Shown: positions 25,215 through 36,943 of the stretch, piece after piece
Layout of the letters: the number at the start of each line of letters is the position of its first letter
Position numbering within the stretch: position 1 is the stretch's first letter
From: Felis catus
Taxonomy: Eukaryota
Reading direction: 5' to 3'
DNA length: 64,000 nt
Assembly (NCBI RefSeq): GCF_018350175.1
Contig: NC_058368.1
Span: 231,448,001-231,512,000, forward strand
Notes under the pieces: model-generated
Database searches by the model: none
What the model saw: the letters and a program-made list of their open reading frames with translations, nothing else
What the model was told of the DNA's origin: nothing
Position numbers and translations under genes: made by a program

Positions 25215-26390
25215 ATAAAGCATCGTTCAGTACAATAGCAAACAAATGATTCCTTTAAAGAAAATCTGTAAGGTTTACCAAGAGCAATGGAATCTTCATG
25301 GTTTTGAAATAAATCAAGGCTCTTGGCACGATGCTAATTTGCATAAATCTGCATCCCACCCCCAACCCCAACCCCCACTCCGTGTGGCTAACTCCAAGAA
25401 GGAAATGTGCTTTTCTTAATGGGCTAAACAAATCTATTGCATATTTCATATTTACTATGTATGTCCTTTCTTAAATATTAAATATTTGGTTTCAAAATAA
25501 TCCCTTTTATACTGCCCAGGGTAGGAATGACAAGACCATAGTTGAAGGCTACAGGTCATTGCCTGGGGGCTCACAGTGACTGAAGTTATCAGCTGTGCCG
25601 CTACAGCCCTTGGTTCTTCGCACACCAGCTAGCTCACTGAGCAGGCGTGATGCATAATGCATGCATATTGACAAAGCACTGTATGCAGAAACTCCCAGAC
25701 CGACATGAATATACGTGACATGCTGGAACTTACCGCTCAGTGGAATCCTCTGAGTCAAGACCTGTTCCACAACCGACTGCTGACCCATTCTGAGATTCAG
25801 ATACGATGGCGAGGTGCTCTTGTGGTTCCTGCCAGCTCAGCCAGCCAAAGACATCCAGGGCCTGGAGGAGAGAAGGTTGTCGTAAGGGGATGCCCATCCC
25901 AGGAGACAAGGCCATGCTTGGCTCTAGTGTAGGATAAGCCATCAGAGCCTGGAAATCAGGAGGCTGGGCTCTAGGTAGGTCAGGTCGCCAAGAATTCGCT
26001 CTCTGATCTTGGGCAAGCCAGGTAGTTTCTTTGGATTTCATTTTCTTGGACCAAACTGAGACATTTGAATTAGATAATCTCTCAAACTGAACTCTAAATA
26101 ATCCTGTAGTCCCTTTCTCTTTTTCTGAGAAAGCAAAACACTGAGCCGCTAGTTGCCCATCTACAGGGCAGCAGATGCCCCTGGAAGTAGCTGCAAGTGC
26201 ATAGCTGTCCTTGGTGTCCAGATGTGCTGGTATCCTGGGGGCCTAGTGTTTCTTCTCTCTTCCAGTTTCTTCAAGATAAAAAGTGAGACCTCTAGCTCTC
26301 AGCTGGATCCTTTCTAGATTCATTCTGATGCCACCTGTTAATTTATAGGAATTTGTATAATTATTTAGTCATGTGATATATTTAAGGTTT

Positions 26391-26610
26391 AAAACAATTC
26401 TTTTCTGTTACTATTTATTTATTTATTTTTGAAAGAGAGAGACAGCATGAGTGGGGGAGGGGCAGAGAGCGAGGGAGACACAGAATCTGAAGCAGGTTCC
26501 AGGCTCTGAGCTGGCAGCGCAGAGCCTGATGGGGGGCTCGAACTCAGAACCGTGAGATTGTGACCTGAGTTGAAGTTGGATGCTCAACCGAATGAGTCAC
26601 CCAGGCACCC
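26391..26610 (-). mobile_element. Can-SINE in the tail of the neighbouring SINE
   Basis: Full body ending gagtcacccaggcaccc. Confidence 0.93.
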
Positions 26611-26611
26611 T

Positions 26612-26766
26612 AAGATTTTTTATATTTATTTTTATTAGAGGGAGAGAGAGAGAATCTCAAGCAGGCTCCACACTCAGCACAGAGCCCAGCACCACAACCC
26701 TGGGATCATGACCTGAGCCGAAATCAAGAGTTGGATGCTAAACTGACTGAGCCACCCTGATGCCCC
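26612..26766 (-). mobile_element. Older Can-SINE with internal deletions
   Basis: gagaatctcaagcaggctccacactcagcac...gactgagccaccctgatgcccc. Confidence 0.9.
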
Positions 26767-28477
26767 TTATCGTGTAATATATTTAAAACTATGTCAGGAT
26801 CAGGATATATTTTACCTGAACAAGAGTTACTCTTTTAGAGAATTACTTTTTTTGTAATGTTCCTATGCTGCATTTAATAATCTCTGCATCTCTTGATAGT
26901 GCTTTTGGATTAGTAAGCCACCCCATTTGTATATTCATTGGGTTAGAAATTTGGAAGCTGCTATTTATTTAGTAGGTCTCCAAATGAAGTCCATTGTGAA
27001 GGGAAGAAAGGAGCACAGTCTCCTGTACTGTAATTGAATTCTAAGTTTTCTATCCACCATTATGTAGGATTGAGCACTATAAAAACTTCTAAATTTTAGC
27101 TGTGCTGCAGTTAAACCAATAGACTAAAACCTAGTTTGAATTATAGCTATGAAATTGCATTATTCTAGAAATAATTCCAGTACAAATGCCATAAAATATG
27201 ATGATTTTTTTTTTTGGACTTAGGCTCCCCCCCCCCTCAATTTCCTTTCAGATGGTCTTATGACATCTTATGGCCGTTCAAAGCTGATTTACAACTGATA
27301 AGATGCATTAGTCAAACGTTTACTCATCTGCCAAAGTTGGTACTGATTGAAATGTTTTACATTTCCTATCTGTTTTGTCGATAGCTTTAAGGTTCTTCCT
27401 GGTGTGGGCTTCTGGGCTGTGCTCTTGCTTTATTCCTGCTTATCACCTCAGTCCATCGATCAAGTATTCGTTCCAGTTGATTGTTATTCATTAAGTCTTC
27501 TTTGAAATTGTTCAGAGAAAGTTAACTCCTATCTGTCTTGTATTTCAGATCCTCTGCTTGAATTCCATGAAACCGGCAAATGAAGCTTAATTACTTCAAG
27601 GGAGAAGAATGGATCTCAAACATGTGACCTGAAGCCACCAGAAGAAGAGCTCTTGCTGACTTGAAAAGGGACAAAATATGGTGAGGGCTCGCAGATAAGT
27701 CAAACATCAGATCGCATAATTATACTCTGCAAAATGTCTCGGCCCATCTAAGCCACTTTGCTAAATGTAGTATGCAAATACTATTGTGTGTTCTACAAAG
27801 CAGAGACCCTGCTCTGTGGGCGCTCAGTTCCTAATACTGTTGTTGACATTCAGTGCAAGGCTCGGGGAAACATAATTCTTGACAAGTAACTCAGTCCATC
27901 TATCTGGAGATGACCATCTCTAGATGAAAGATAATCCTTTTCTTGCCAATCAGGTAGAGCTATGTCCTTTTAAATATAAAATTCTACAGGGGACAGGTTT
28001 ACTGCACTTGTGATGGATGTATATATATATATGCATGTATGCTGCTGCTGAGAACCTTTTCCCCTTGTTTGGGTCTCCAGAGAGATCCCCACAAAAGGTG
28101 GGTGTTGGAGGGAGTAGGCTGGATCCTCTCTCCCTGCTGATGGGCTCCAGGGAGGGGGCATCGCCTAGGATGGGAGCTGGATGGCCACTGCCCATGCCTG
28201 TGCCATTTGAGGAGGGAAGGGCAAGGTTTAAGGGCTCTTGAACCTTGTCAGTGTTTGGCCTTCTTCTGGTTCTCAAAAGCGACTTAGGCCACGTTCTCAG
28301 TGACCCCCAGTCTTTTGTTTGATGCTTCCCTCTCACCCTTCCTTTCCATCTACTTTCTCCCCTTTGAAATGAGAGCTTGGCCATTCACAATACGAAGAGT
28401 GGGTTAAAGCATATCTTGATGATAATTTTTTTAAAACCGCATGAATTTGCAAGTGCTTCTTAATGATCACAGTGAGC

Positions 28478-28605
28478 ACATGAAGGGGATATGTACACAA
28501 ATGCATGTACATATATATGTACACGTGGCAGATGAAATACACATGGGTATTTATACACAATGTATACATGTGAAATATATATGTATACAGACATATGTGT
28601 GTATA
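28478..28605. repeat. Degenerate (TA/TG/CA)n low-complexity tract
   Basis: Alternating purine-pyrimidine text; includes the palindrome tgtacatatatatgtaca (28506-28523). Confidence 0.75.
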
Positions 28606-28727
28606 ATCCTCTGTTTAAACAAAAATTTGAAGATATCCATTCTTTGCTGTTTATAGCCCCTGTCAAATTTTAAACACATCTGAAATTTTAGTAGAATGTG
28701 CACCATCTCTTAGCAAAGGTCATGACA

Positions 28728-28777
28728 TTTATTCATTCATTCATTCATTCATTCATTCATTCATTTATTCATTCATT
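28728..28777. repeat. (TTCA)n microsatellite
   Basis: Directly visible. Confidence 0.95.
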
Positions 28778-28949
28778 TCTCTTTTGGTGGAACAAAGCAG
28801 GTTTACTAACTAATTTGAAGCCAACAGTTGAGGTAACAATCTGTGGGATTTCCAAGAAATCCAATCTTATGGAACGTCTGGGTCTGCACCATGAAATCAG
28901 GAATCTTTCCTTATGTGATATACATTAGCATGACTTGGAATATCTTCCA

Positions 28950-29190
28950 TAGAGAACTCCCATCATATCTATAGTCAGGTAACTTTGGGAAATATTGTGT
29001 TAAATAGTTTCCTTTCAGTAGAACTAATCAGAGCCTTGAATAAGCTAGAATATATTGGGTATTTGTAAGGTGGGATAATCGTGACATAATGGAAATCATC
29101 ATTTCCCGGAAATATATTGGACCGTAGAACCGTTTCTTCAAGGTGCATCTCATCAGACGAGTGTTTTATAGGACAAACTTTGGGAAATGC
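28950..29190. mobile_element. Probable ancient hAT-Charlie fragment
   Basis: Two actttgggaaat motifs (~28982 and ~29178), typical of Charlie-type termini. Confidence 0.4.
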
Positions 29191-29298
29191 ATATATAAAT
29201 ACATCTGAAAAAGCCCCTATCTTCCCCCTATTAAATATTAGCTTCCCTGTATTTTAGCTGTCTTTTATTTTTCTTATGGCATATTTTTATTGTCTTAC

Positions 29299-29301
29299 TA
29301 T

Positions 29302-29336
<35 letters not shown>

Positions 29337-29338
29337 TT
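29299..29338. repeat. (TTTA)n microsatellite
   Basis: Directly visible. Confidence 0.95.
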
Positions 29339-30198
29339 GCTGTCTTACTGTTTAGATGTATATGTCTGTCTTCCCTCTCTTGCTTAAGCTCCTTCCCTCA
29401 CATCCACTGGACTGCATACTCAGTGGGGACAGGGTGGTGGTTCATTTCTGTATGTCTCTTCCTCCCTTGCACCCTCCCCCAGCATAATGTCGTTCTTGAA
29501 AGAAACACTGAATTCACATTTGCTGAGTTGACATATGCCACTACATTTGATTTCTGTTAGTTTATTTTTTGCTTAAACCCCTGTCCCTCAAGAGCCCCCA
29601 CAGCAACTTTCTTAAAACAAAAAGGAAGGAGTTGTACCTCTTGTGAGATTTCAGGGAGAGTGGCCACAAATAAATTATTCATGTCAGAAAGGGAAATGTA
29701 GCAATGATCTTATTAATAGCGGCGCTGGGAGAAACCAGCCTCCAGATAGCCCATGAGCCATGGTTCACGCGCCAGGAACCGCAATCTTGCCACGGCCACC
29801 ATCTTCCCTTATCCGAGCAGGTCAGATTCTGACGATGAGCCAACACTTTCTTGATTCTGCACAGATTTCAGGCCCTGGACGACAACAGCAGAGAAGCACA
29901 AATGTCCAAACACAGAGCACAAAGTCCTGTTCACCAACGCTGTCACTGGGAACCCTTGCTGCCTTAGAACTCGGCTCAAGAAATGCCTTTTGAGACAATT
30001 TATGTCCGATTGTTGCTCGTCCTAGTATATCTTAACATTCTTAGAACACCAATAAGGCAAGATAAAAACAAAAATAAAAGCAAAAAATGAAAAATAAAAT
30101 CTTTGTTTTTATTTACTTCTTGCATTGAAATTAGCCGACGACCCAAGGTCTGAAAGTTGTCACCCTTAAAACTCAGACAAGATTTGCCTATACAATAT

Positions 30199-30975
30199 TG
30201 TGACATAATAAGTGTGATATCCTTGGTCTTTATCTCCAATTCTTGGCACAGACCTCCTAGGATCCCTAGAATTTAAGAGTGAGAGGAACATCTTCCGTGA
30301 TTCATCATAAAGCCCTTTCAACCAGACCTGAGTTTATACTATTAAGGTGACTGTGGAGGATGGGGCTGGTTGCTAGAGAAGCCAAGCTTGGGATTAGAGG
30401 GGTAGGACTTTGAGCCATACCCCTGATCTCCAGGGAATGGAGAGGGGCTGGAGATTAAGCTAATCACCAGTGATTAATAATTTAATCGATCATACCTACA
30501 TAATGGAACCCCCACAAGAACCTGAAACAACAGGGCTTTTCAGAAAGCTTCTGTGTTGTTGAGTACATCAAGTTGTGCCCAGATTGGGGTTGGAAGCCTC
30601 TCTCCCTCCCTCCCCCTTACACATCGCCCTGTGCATCCATTTGGCTGTTACCGAGTCATATCCTTTATAGTAAACCTCCACATAGTAAGTCAAACACTCC
30701 TGAGTTCTGTGAGCTGTTCCTAGCAAATTATTGGACCCGAGAAGGGGGTCATGGGAACCCTTCATTTATAGCCAGTCTGTTGGTCAAAAATGCCAGAGGC
30801 CAAGACTTTCGGTTGGTGTCTGAAGTGAGGGCATTCCTATGGGACTCAGCCCTTAATCTGTGGGGTCTGGGCTGATGCCAGGTAGTTAGAATCAGCCTTT
30901 TTCGGTCTGTAGAGCCTACACAGTTGGTGTCAGAAGTGTTGCGGTTGGCAGAAATGAGAGTTTTGGTTTAGCCTA
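30199..30975 (+). mobile_element. MER21-like solo LTR
   Basis: ctttcaaccagacctgagtttat...ggggctggagatt...cctgagttctgtgagctgttcctagcaaatta...cagttggtgtcagaag. Confidence 0.82.
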
Positions 30976-31004
30976 GAAACAGGTTGTGATTTTGTCCTCA
31001 GGGT

Positions 31005-31510
31005 CTGTGTGAGGATATTTTTAGCTACCGGCGACAGAAACACAGCTCAAATTAACTTAGCGTTTGTTTCTTGCATCCAGGAGTGCCTAGGTCCAAGGAG
31101 CACGTGCGGTGACGTCAGGATTCTGCCTCTCCACCTTCTGAATCTGCTTCTTCGAATTCTTTCCTTCTCAGGTAGGTTGTCCATGTGTTGTCAGAGGTGG
31201 CTGCCGGCACACCTGGGCTCATGTCTTCCCGGTGGTGATGCTAGCAATCCGTGGAGGGTGTCTCCTTTCTGATGATGCCAGCCATGTCCCTGTTGGGGGA
31301 GGGGGACCACTTTCTCTGGCCCAAGTGGCTGTGTCCGTCCCTGAAGTAATCACTGTGGTCAGGGGCTTGTGTTTCCTGGAGGGACCAAGCCTGAATCATA
31401 AGTCTTAAATACGTTGGTTGGAAAGAGTTTCTCACAAGGGGGTTTCGTTACTGGAAGAAATGGGGGGGGGGGAAGGGAAAGGGCAGGGCGGATAAAAGCT
31501 ATAATTACCA
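31005..31510 (-). mobile_element. Ancient MLT1 (J/K/L-like) LTR
   Basis: gcgacagaaacacagctcaaatt...gtgtccgtccctgaagtaatcactgtggtcagggg. Confidence 0.55.
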
Positions 31511-33049
31511 CAGTCCATCCCAGCAGCCTTCCAGAATGAAGCGGGAGGCAGCCTCGAGCATCCCCGTCTTTGAGTTTCTTTACTCAAGCCGCTAGACTCA
31601 CTGGTTTCATGCCTTTCACTATTTTCTGTGATGAAAAACGTGATCAAGAGGGCGCCCCTCATCAACATCTAAGTGACTCTTTCACACGTCTATACCCCGG
31701 AGACATTCTTCATGATGTAGTTGAGGTTCAATACTCACATTTCTCATGTTTGGAGTCAATTAAACCCATTTAAAGTCGAACAGCAAGCCCTCGTGAGGCT
31801 CAGGCTGTAGGGCCAGTGGTGATATGTAGATATGTCACCACAAAACAGGGAGCATCGTAGGGTGTGCAGTCACCACACCTGGTAATTGAATGTTATTTTG
31901 GGTTTGAGCCGAAGATACTCTTGAGCCGAATTGCATAGAGAAGCAAAAAAATTGATTGTCAGCAAATTCATGGCTTGGATGTTATTACTCAGAATAAATT
32001 GCAAGGGGAAAATGGCCTTTATGAGGGTGTTGATATATTTTTAATAGAAAATCTCCATCCCTGATAGAGTAGATTACAAATGTTTCTAAGGAAAACCGGA
32101 ACAGTAGGTTTATCATATAAGTGCTTTCTGCTGGTCTTAGTAAATTGAGTTCCTTCACTGCCAGGAAACTGATAGTATTTATAAACAAGAGCCTCAAACA
32201 CCCTCTCTGTCACTGAGATTTTAGGCCATTTACATACTGTGCCATCATTTTTAATTACTAGGAAAAATTATGTGCAAGAAAACCAACTATTAGAGCTCTG
32301 TTGTAGAGATGGAGAGGAAGAAATCATCCTCTCGAAATGTGTGTATTTTTAATGCTTCCCTTAGAGTGTTGGCCTAGCCATGAAGTGGTTTGTGCGGGCA
32401 CAGCGGTCTCTGATCTTGTTCTCCCTTTCACTGGAGATCGGTTTAGACCCTGTGGCTGCCGTGGGGTGAACCAGTCTGTTTACACAGGCGGGAGGGGCCG
32501 GCAGAAGAAGCGGGAGTCAGTCTGATGTTCCTGGGGTGAAGGCAGGCAGCAGTATATAGCGTCCGTTATCCTGTGTCCCACGCTGTCCGGAGGAAATGGA
32601 TGGAGAAGACGAAGTCCTGGGGGGCGGGGCAGCAAGGAGGCATCACTGTCTCATCTTATGCCCCAGGGCTTGTCTGAACTGGAGCAAGAAAGGAAAGTCA
32701 AGTGTGATGAGGGTTGGAGAAACCCATCTGGAAAGCAGGCAGAGTGAAGGGAACGGGACCCTCCTGACCACTACTTGACTTCTCTGGACACCTGCTGAAG
32801 GGGACATTAGCGCTTCCGACTCAGAAATGGCATCGAAACCAGGAAGTTCTTTCCCATTTCTGGGTACAGAGCAGTGAGTCACATCACACATCCAGGCTGA
32901 AGTAAGTCTCGTGACACGCTGTCTGCCAGGCACACTCAGGACCTCTCTCTACGACGGTCGAATAGAGCTTCTCGTGTAGAATTTTACGAAGGTGGACGAA
33001 GGGATGTGTTGAGGGCCGCTACACTCTGGAGTGAGACAGATGGATAGAG

Positions 33050-33262
33050 ACGGGTAGACATAGCTATACACATAAATAATTTATGAGATGGCGTAATAGA
33101 CACATGTGTAATTTATTAATATATGCAATACATGTAATATGTATTGTTCTCTTACACGTATGACGTATGTGACTATTAACACGTTACGTGTGACATTAAT
33201 ACACAATACGATTTTACTAATACATCTCTACCATCGATACTAGATTATGTGTGATGTGTGTG
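33050..33262. repeat. AT-rich degenerate dinucleotide low-complexity tract
   Basis: Repeated tacac/tatgt/gtgac..attaa words. Confidence 0.55.
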
Positions 33263-34507
33263 TTGCTCAACGTGTTTATTTACTGAGACACACAAGCAGT
33301 GCAGTGGGATGTGCCGTCCAGCTTTGTGCCTCCTCGGGCAGTGAGTTCATGGCCTGTGTTTTGGGAGGAGCTCCTCTTCTGGCCCTGTCTGGGTTGGGGG
33401 GCTCCTCTCAGGTTCCGCTGACCCTCCTCTGGGCCCCATGGCCACCTGGGCTGCAGTTTGCTCCCTCCGTTTGTAAGGCCCTGATGACTTCCTGCAGAAT
33501 ATTAGCAGTCTCTGCTTAGGTGACATGTGCTCGGGAGTAGATTTTCCCGGAAACTCTCCTTTCCCTCCCTGTGTCTCCAAAGCGCCAGGAAGGGATGATA
33601 CCAGCCCACAGAATACAAGGACCTATGCTGGGAGGGCCTGGGTCTTCCCCTTGGTATGGTCGTTTAAACTCCGGTCTGCGTCATCTTACTGTGTTGACTT
33701 GGGGCGACTCCTGAACGTCCTCTGGAGGCAAGTTCATTTTTCCCAGAATGAATCCCGTGATTAACACAGAACCTGCCTGGTCCTGTATGTCCCGTTCTCT
33801 GGTGGGCCTTGAGATCCACGAATCCCTGACTCGTGAGCACGGGAAGGGCTGAAGGGTTTGGGCCAGGACCGTCTCCAGACTGCCTCCACTCCACAGTGGC
33901 GGTGTGGCTTTGGTGCAGGCGGAAAGTTCAGTGTTCTCTGCCTCTGCCCTCTGGCCTGTTGGCTCCTGTGGTCCTCCCCAGCGCGGCCACCTCTGAGTGC
34001 TCTGAAGGATCCCTGGGCACCCCTTCCTCTTCACCGTGGCTGGGTCCAGTTCTCTGTCTGTGTGTTCAGTTCTCTCTCTCTCTGCTCCGTTCTGTCGGTG
34101 GCTGGCGTTTCTCTGGCTTCTCGGCTTCACGGGGCCCCGTTTCACTCTGAGAGAGGTGGGTCGTGTGCCAGAATCTGCTTTGTGCTGGGGGAGTCCTGGG
34201 GCCCCAGCTGTGGGTCCGCCGGCCATAGCTCCTCCTATTTACGACCTTGTATGGTTTCACAGTGTTTTGACTGTATATAAAGCCCCTCTACGGAGCACAT
34301 TTTTATTAGCTGCTGAAGAAAATGCCCCACAGATTCTCTATGTAATGCAATATTATTTCCTTGGAAGCATGTTAATTTTAGGGCGAGAGACTGCAGAAGG
34401 GTGGCTGGTATTAATTTGTGATTTATCTGTCCCTGGGAAAAATTAGGAAAATGGCCTTGTCTTTGGATCAGTTGAGGCTTATTTAATCTTTAGTCAAAGA
34501 ATCTCCC

Positions 34508-35134
34508 TGTATTAGTTTCCCAGGGCTGCCGTGACAGATTACCACAAACTCAGTAGCTCAAAATGATAGAAGTTTTATCCTTTCACAGAAATCAAGTGTC
34601 GGCAAGGCCACGCTCCCTTTGAAGTCCCTGGTTGCGGGGGGCCCTTCCTTTCCTCCTGCAGCTTCTGGGGGTTCCTGCCCTTCCTCGGTCTGTGGTGGTA
34701 TCACCCCCATCTCTGCCTCCGTCATCTCGTGCCCTCTGTGTCTTCTCTTCTGTCTCTTACAGGGACGTGCCCCATTGGACTTAGAACCGCCTGGTTAATC
34801 CAGGATGATCTAATCTCAGGTCCTTAATAACATTTGCAGGGGCGCCTGGGTGGCTCGGTCGGTTAAGCGTCCAACTTCGGCTCAGGTCATGATCTCACAG
34901 TTCGTGAGCTCCAGCCCCGCGGCTCTCTGCTGTCAACGCAGAGTTTGCTTCCGATCTTCTGTCCTCCTCTCTCTGTCCCTCCCCTACTGGTTCTCTCCCT
35001 CCCTGTCTCTCTCCTTCTGTCTCTCAAAATAAACTTAAAAGAACACATTTGCAAAAGCCCTTTTTCCAAGTCAGTTCACATCCCGAGGTTCCTGGCAGAC
35101 TTGTCTTTGGGGAGACCACCGTTCAACCCCCCTC
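34508..35134 (-). mobile_element. MLT1C/D-like solo LTR, interrupted by a SINE
   Basis: tgtattagtttcccagggctgccgtgacagattaccacaaac...aatccaggatgatctaatctc [SINE] acatttgcaaaagccc...gtcagttcaca. Confidence 0.88.
34839..35044 (+). mobile_element. Can-SINE
   Basis: ggggcgcctgggtggctcggtcggttaagcg; TSD acatttgca (34830-34838 / 35045-35053). Confidence 0.95.
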
Positions 35135-35214
35135 TTCCTATGGAGGTTTCTCCTCAGGGGGTGCACATTTTTTTTTTTTAATCAGAAAGCAGATCTTTTC
35201 AATAATGTGTCTCT

Positions 35215-35397
35215 CGGGACAACGATTTGCAGATGGTAAACCATGACCAGCAGCGTCAGCCTCACCCGGGAACTTGTTAGACATGCAATATCCCAGGCCC
35301 GATGCCAAACCTACCAGAAACCGGCCCTGTGGCCCAGGAGTCTGTTTCAACAGGCCAGCCAGGGGATCCTGCTGTGTTTGAAGTTGGAGAATCTCTG
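35215..35397 (+). mobile_element. MER5A-like hAT-Charlie element
   Basis: gaccagcagcgtcagcctcacccgggaacttgttagacatgca...gaagttggagaatctctg. Confidence 0.8.
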
Positions 35398-35703
35398 CCG
35401 GGTGCCTTCAGAGGGGACCCACACCTTCTCCAGTACTGTGTTCCAGTACCCCGACTCGCTGGGCTGGCCAGGAGAACTCACAGCTCCCTGGGGCCGGAGG
35501 GCTCAGCCCTGTTCTCCCGCTTCCCCCACCTCAGGTGGAGCTGTGAGCCCCGAGAAGCTCCTGACACCGCACCCCACCCCCATCTTCTGGTGAAGGCTAA
35601 AAGGCCACTTGCCTGGCCTGAGGAAGAGGCATTACTACCCGCCTTGGCCCCCCTGGCAGAAGCACGTTGTCAGTGACCCTGTGCTCGAAGGGCCCTTTGG
35701 GAG

Positions 35704-36113
35704 TGTTACAGGTTGAACTGTGTCCCCCTCAGATTCATTTGTTGAACCTTGACCTCAGATTGTGACCTCATTTGGAGATAAGGTCATTGCAGTTGTGATT
35801 AGCTAAGGTGAGGCTTTGCTGGAGCAGGGCGGGCCCCTCATCTCGTATGACTGTTGTCCTATAAAAAAGGGGAACTTGGACCCATAGACAGATATACACC
35901 CGGAGGGGAGGGGATGCAAAAGATTGCCAGCAAATCCCCAGATGCGAGGAGAGGGGCACACAGCAGACTCTTCCTCACAGGCCTCATGGGAACCAACTTG
36001 CCCTCACCTTGATCTTGGACCTGTAATGTCCCGAACTGTGAGACAATACATTTCGGTGTTGAACCCCCCATGGTCTTCAGTACTCTGCACGGTCGGCCGA
36101 GGAAACTAAAACA
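35704..36113 (+). mobile_element. MLT1B-like solo LTR
   Basis: tgttacaggttgaactgtgtccccc...gaactgtgagacaatacatttc...ggaaactaaaaca. Confidence 0.88.
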
Positions 36114-36903
36114 AGAAGCGTGTAGGGTTAATTTTCTTTTGTGAGCCGGCCTGAGTTCTGAACAATTAACTTCAAAAGAACTTTTTGAGCACAACTCATT
36201 TGTCAGTTGGGAACTGCCTCACAGCAAAGCAAAAGCTCTATGTCATGTTGACAATTATTTGGGACACGCAGTTCTCAGTTCCTGAGAGTGTTCAAGACGA
36301 TATTTTTAGTGAGTTTTAAGTGATTGTGGTATCTTAAAACGGTTGTCAAAAGAATAATGTTTTAGATTTTATAGCACTTTTGACCTTCTTCTTCTTCTTT
36401 ATCTTTATTTTCTTTTGGAATTATCCTTTATAAATGTTTTTTTCCCCTTCGAATCTCTCATTTGTTCAGAACTACAAATCAATACAATTAGATATGAAGG
36501 ACTCAGCTGAAAATAAAAGCAAATTAATGTATATGTTGGAGGAACATTTTGTGCCATTTTTCTCCTCCAATTAGCCCAATTAGTCAGTGACATCTAGGAC
36601 TGGTCTTCCAGAAAGAATTACGGGCCAGAAGTCCCGTTCTCCACTTTAATGAGTTGTTCCAAGAGAGCCGGTCATTCTGCATAAATTGATAAGTACGAGA
36701 TGTCCTGGGTAATAATTCCAAGTGTTTATGCTGCTCTTCCATTGTTCATTAATTTTTGTCAAGTAAACTTAAGGCTTTAAAAATGTGAAAGAGGTAACAA
36801 TTCATTGGTTATGTGAAACTGCCAAAAAAGGTTACAGTTCTCTAACATCGTACATTTTTTTCCTCCTGTACCTCACAGTGTAGGCCGTATGGCACGCGAG
36901 CGT

Positions 36904-36904
<1 letters not shown>

Positions 36905-36942
<38 letters not shown>
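36905..36942. repeat. (CA)n microsatellite
   Basis: Directly visible. Confidence 0.97.

Positions 36943-36943
<1 letters not shown>

Noticed and set aside
33681..34226. Longest ORF (181 aa, minus strand) and overlapping plus-strand ORFs
   Set aside because: No recognisable domain. The GC-rich stretch is open in several frames on both strands, typical of chance ORFs.
32380..34260. Relatively CpG-rich region as a CpG-island promoter
   Set aside because: By eye the CpGs are scattered and TG/CA is abundant; no dense island or GC-box cluster.
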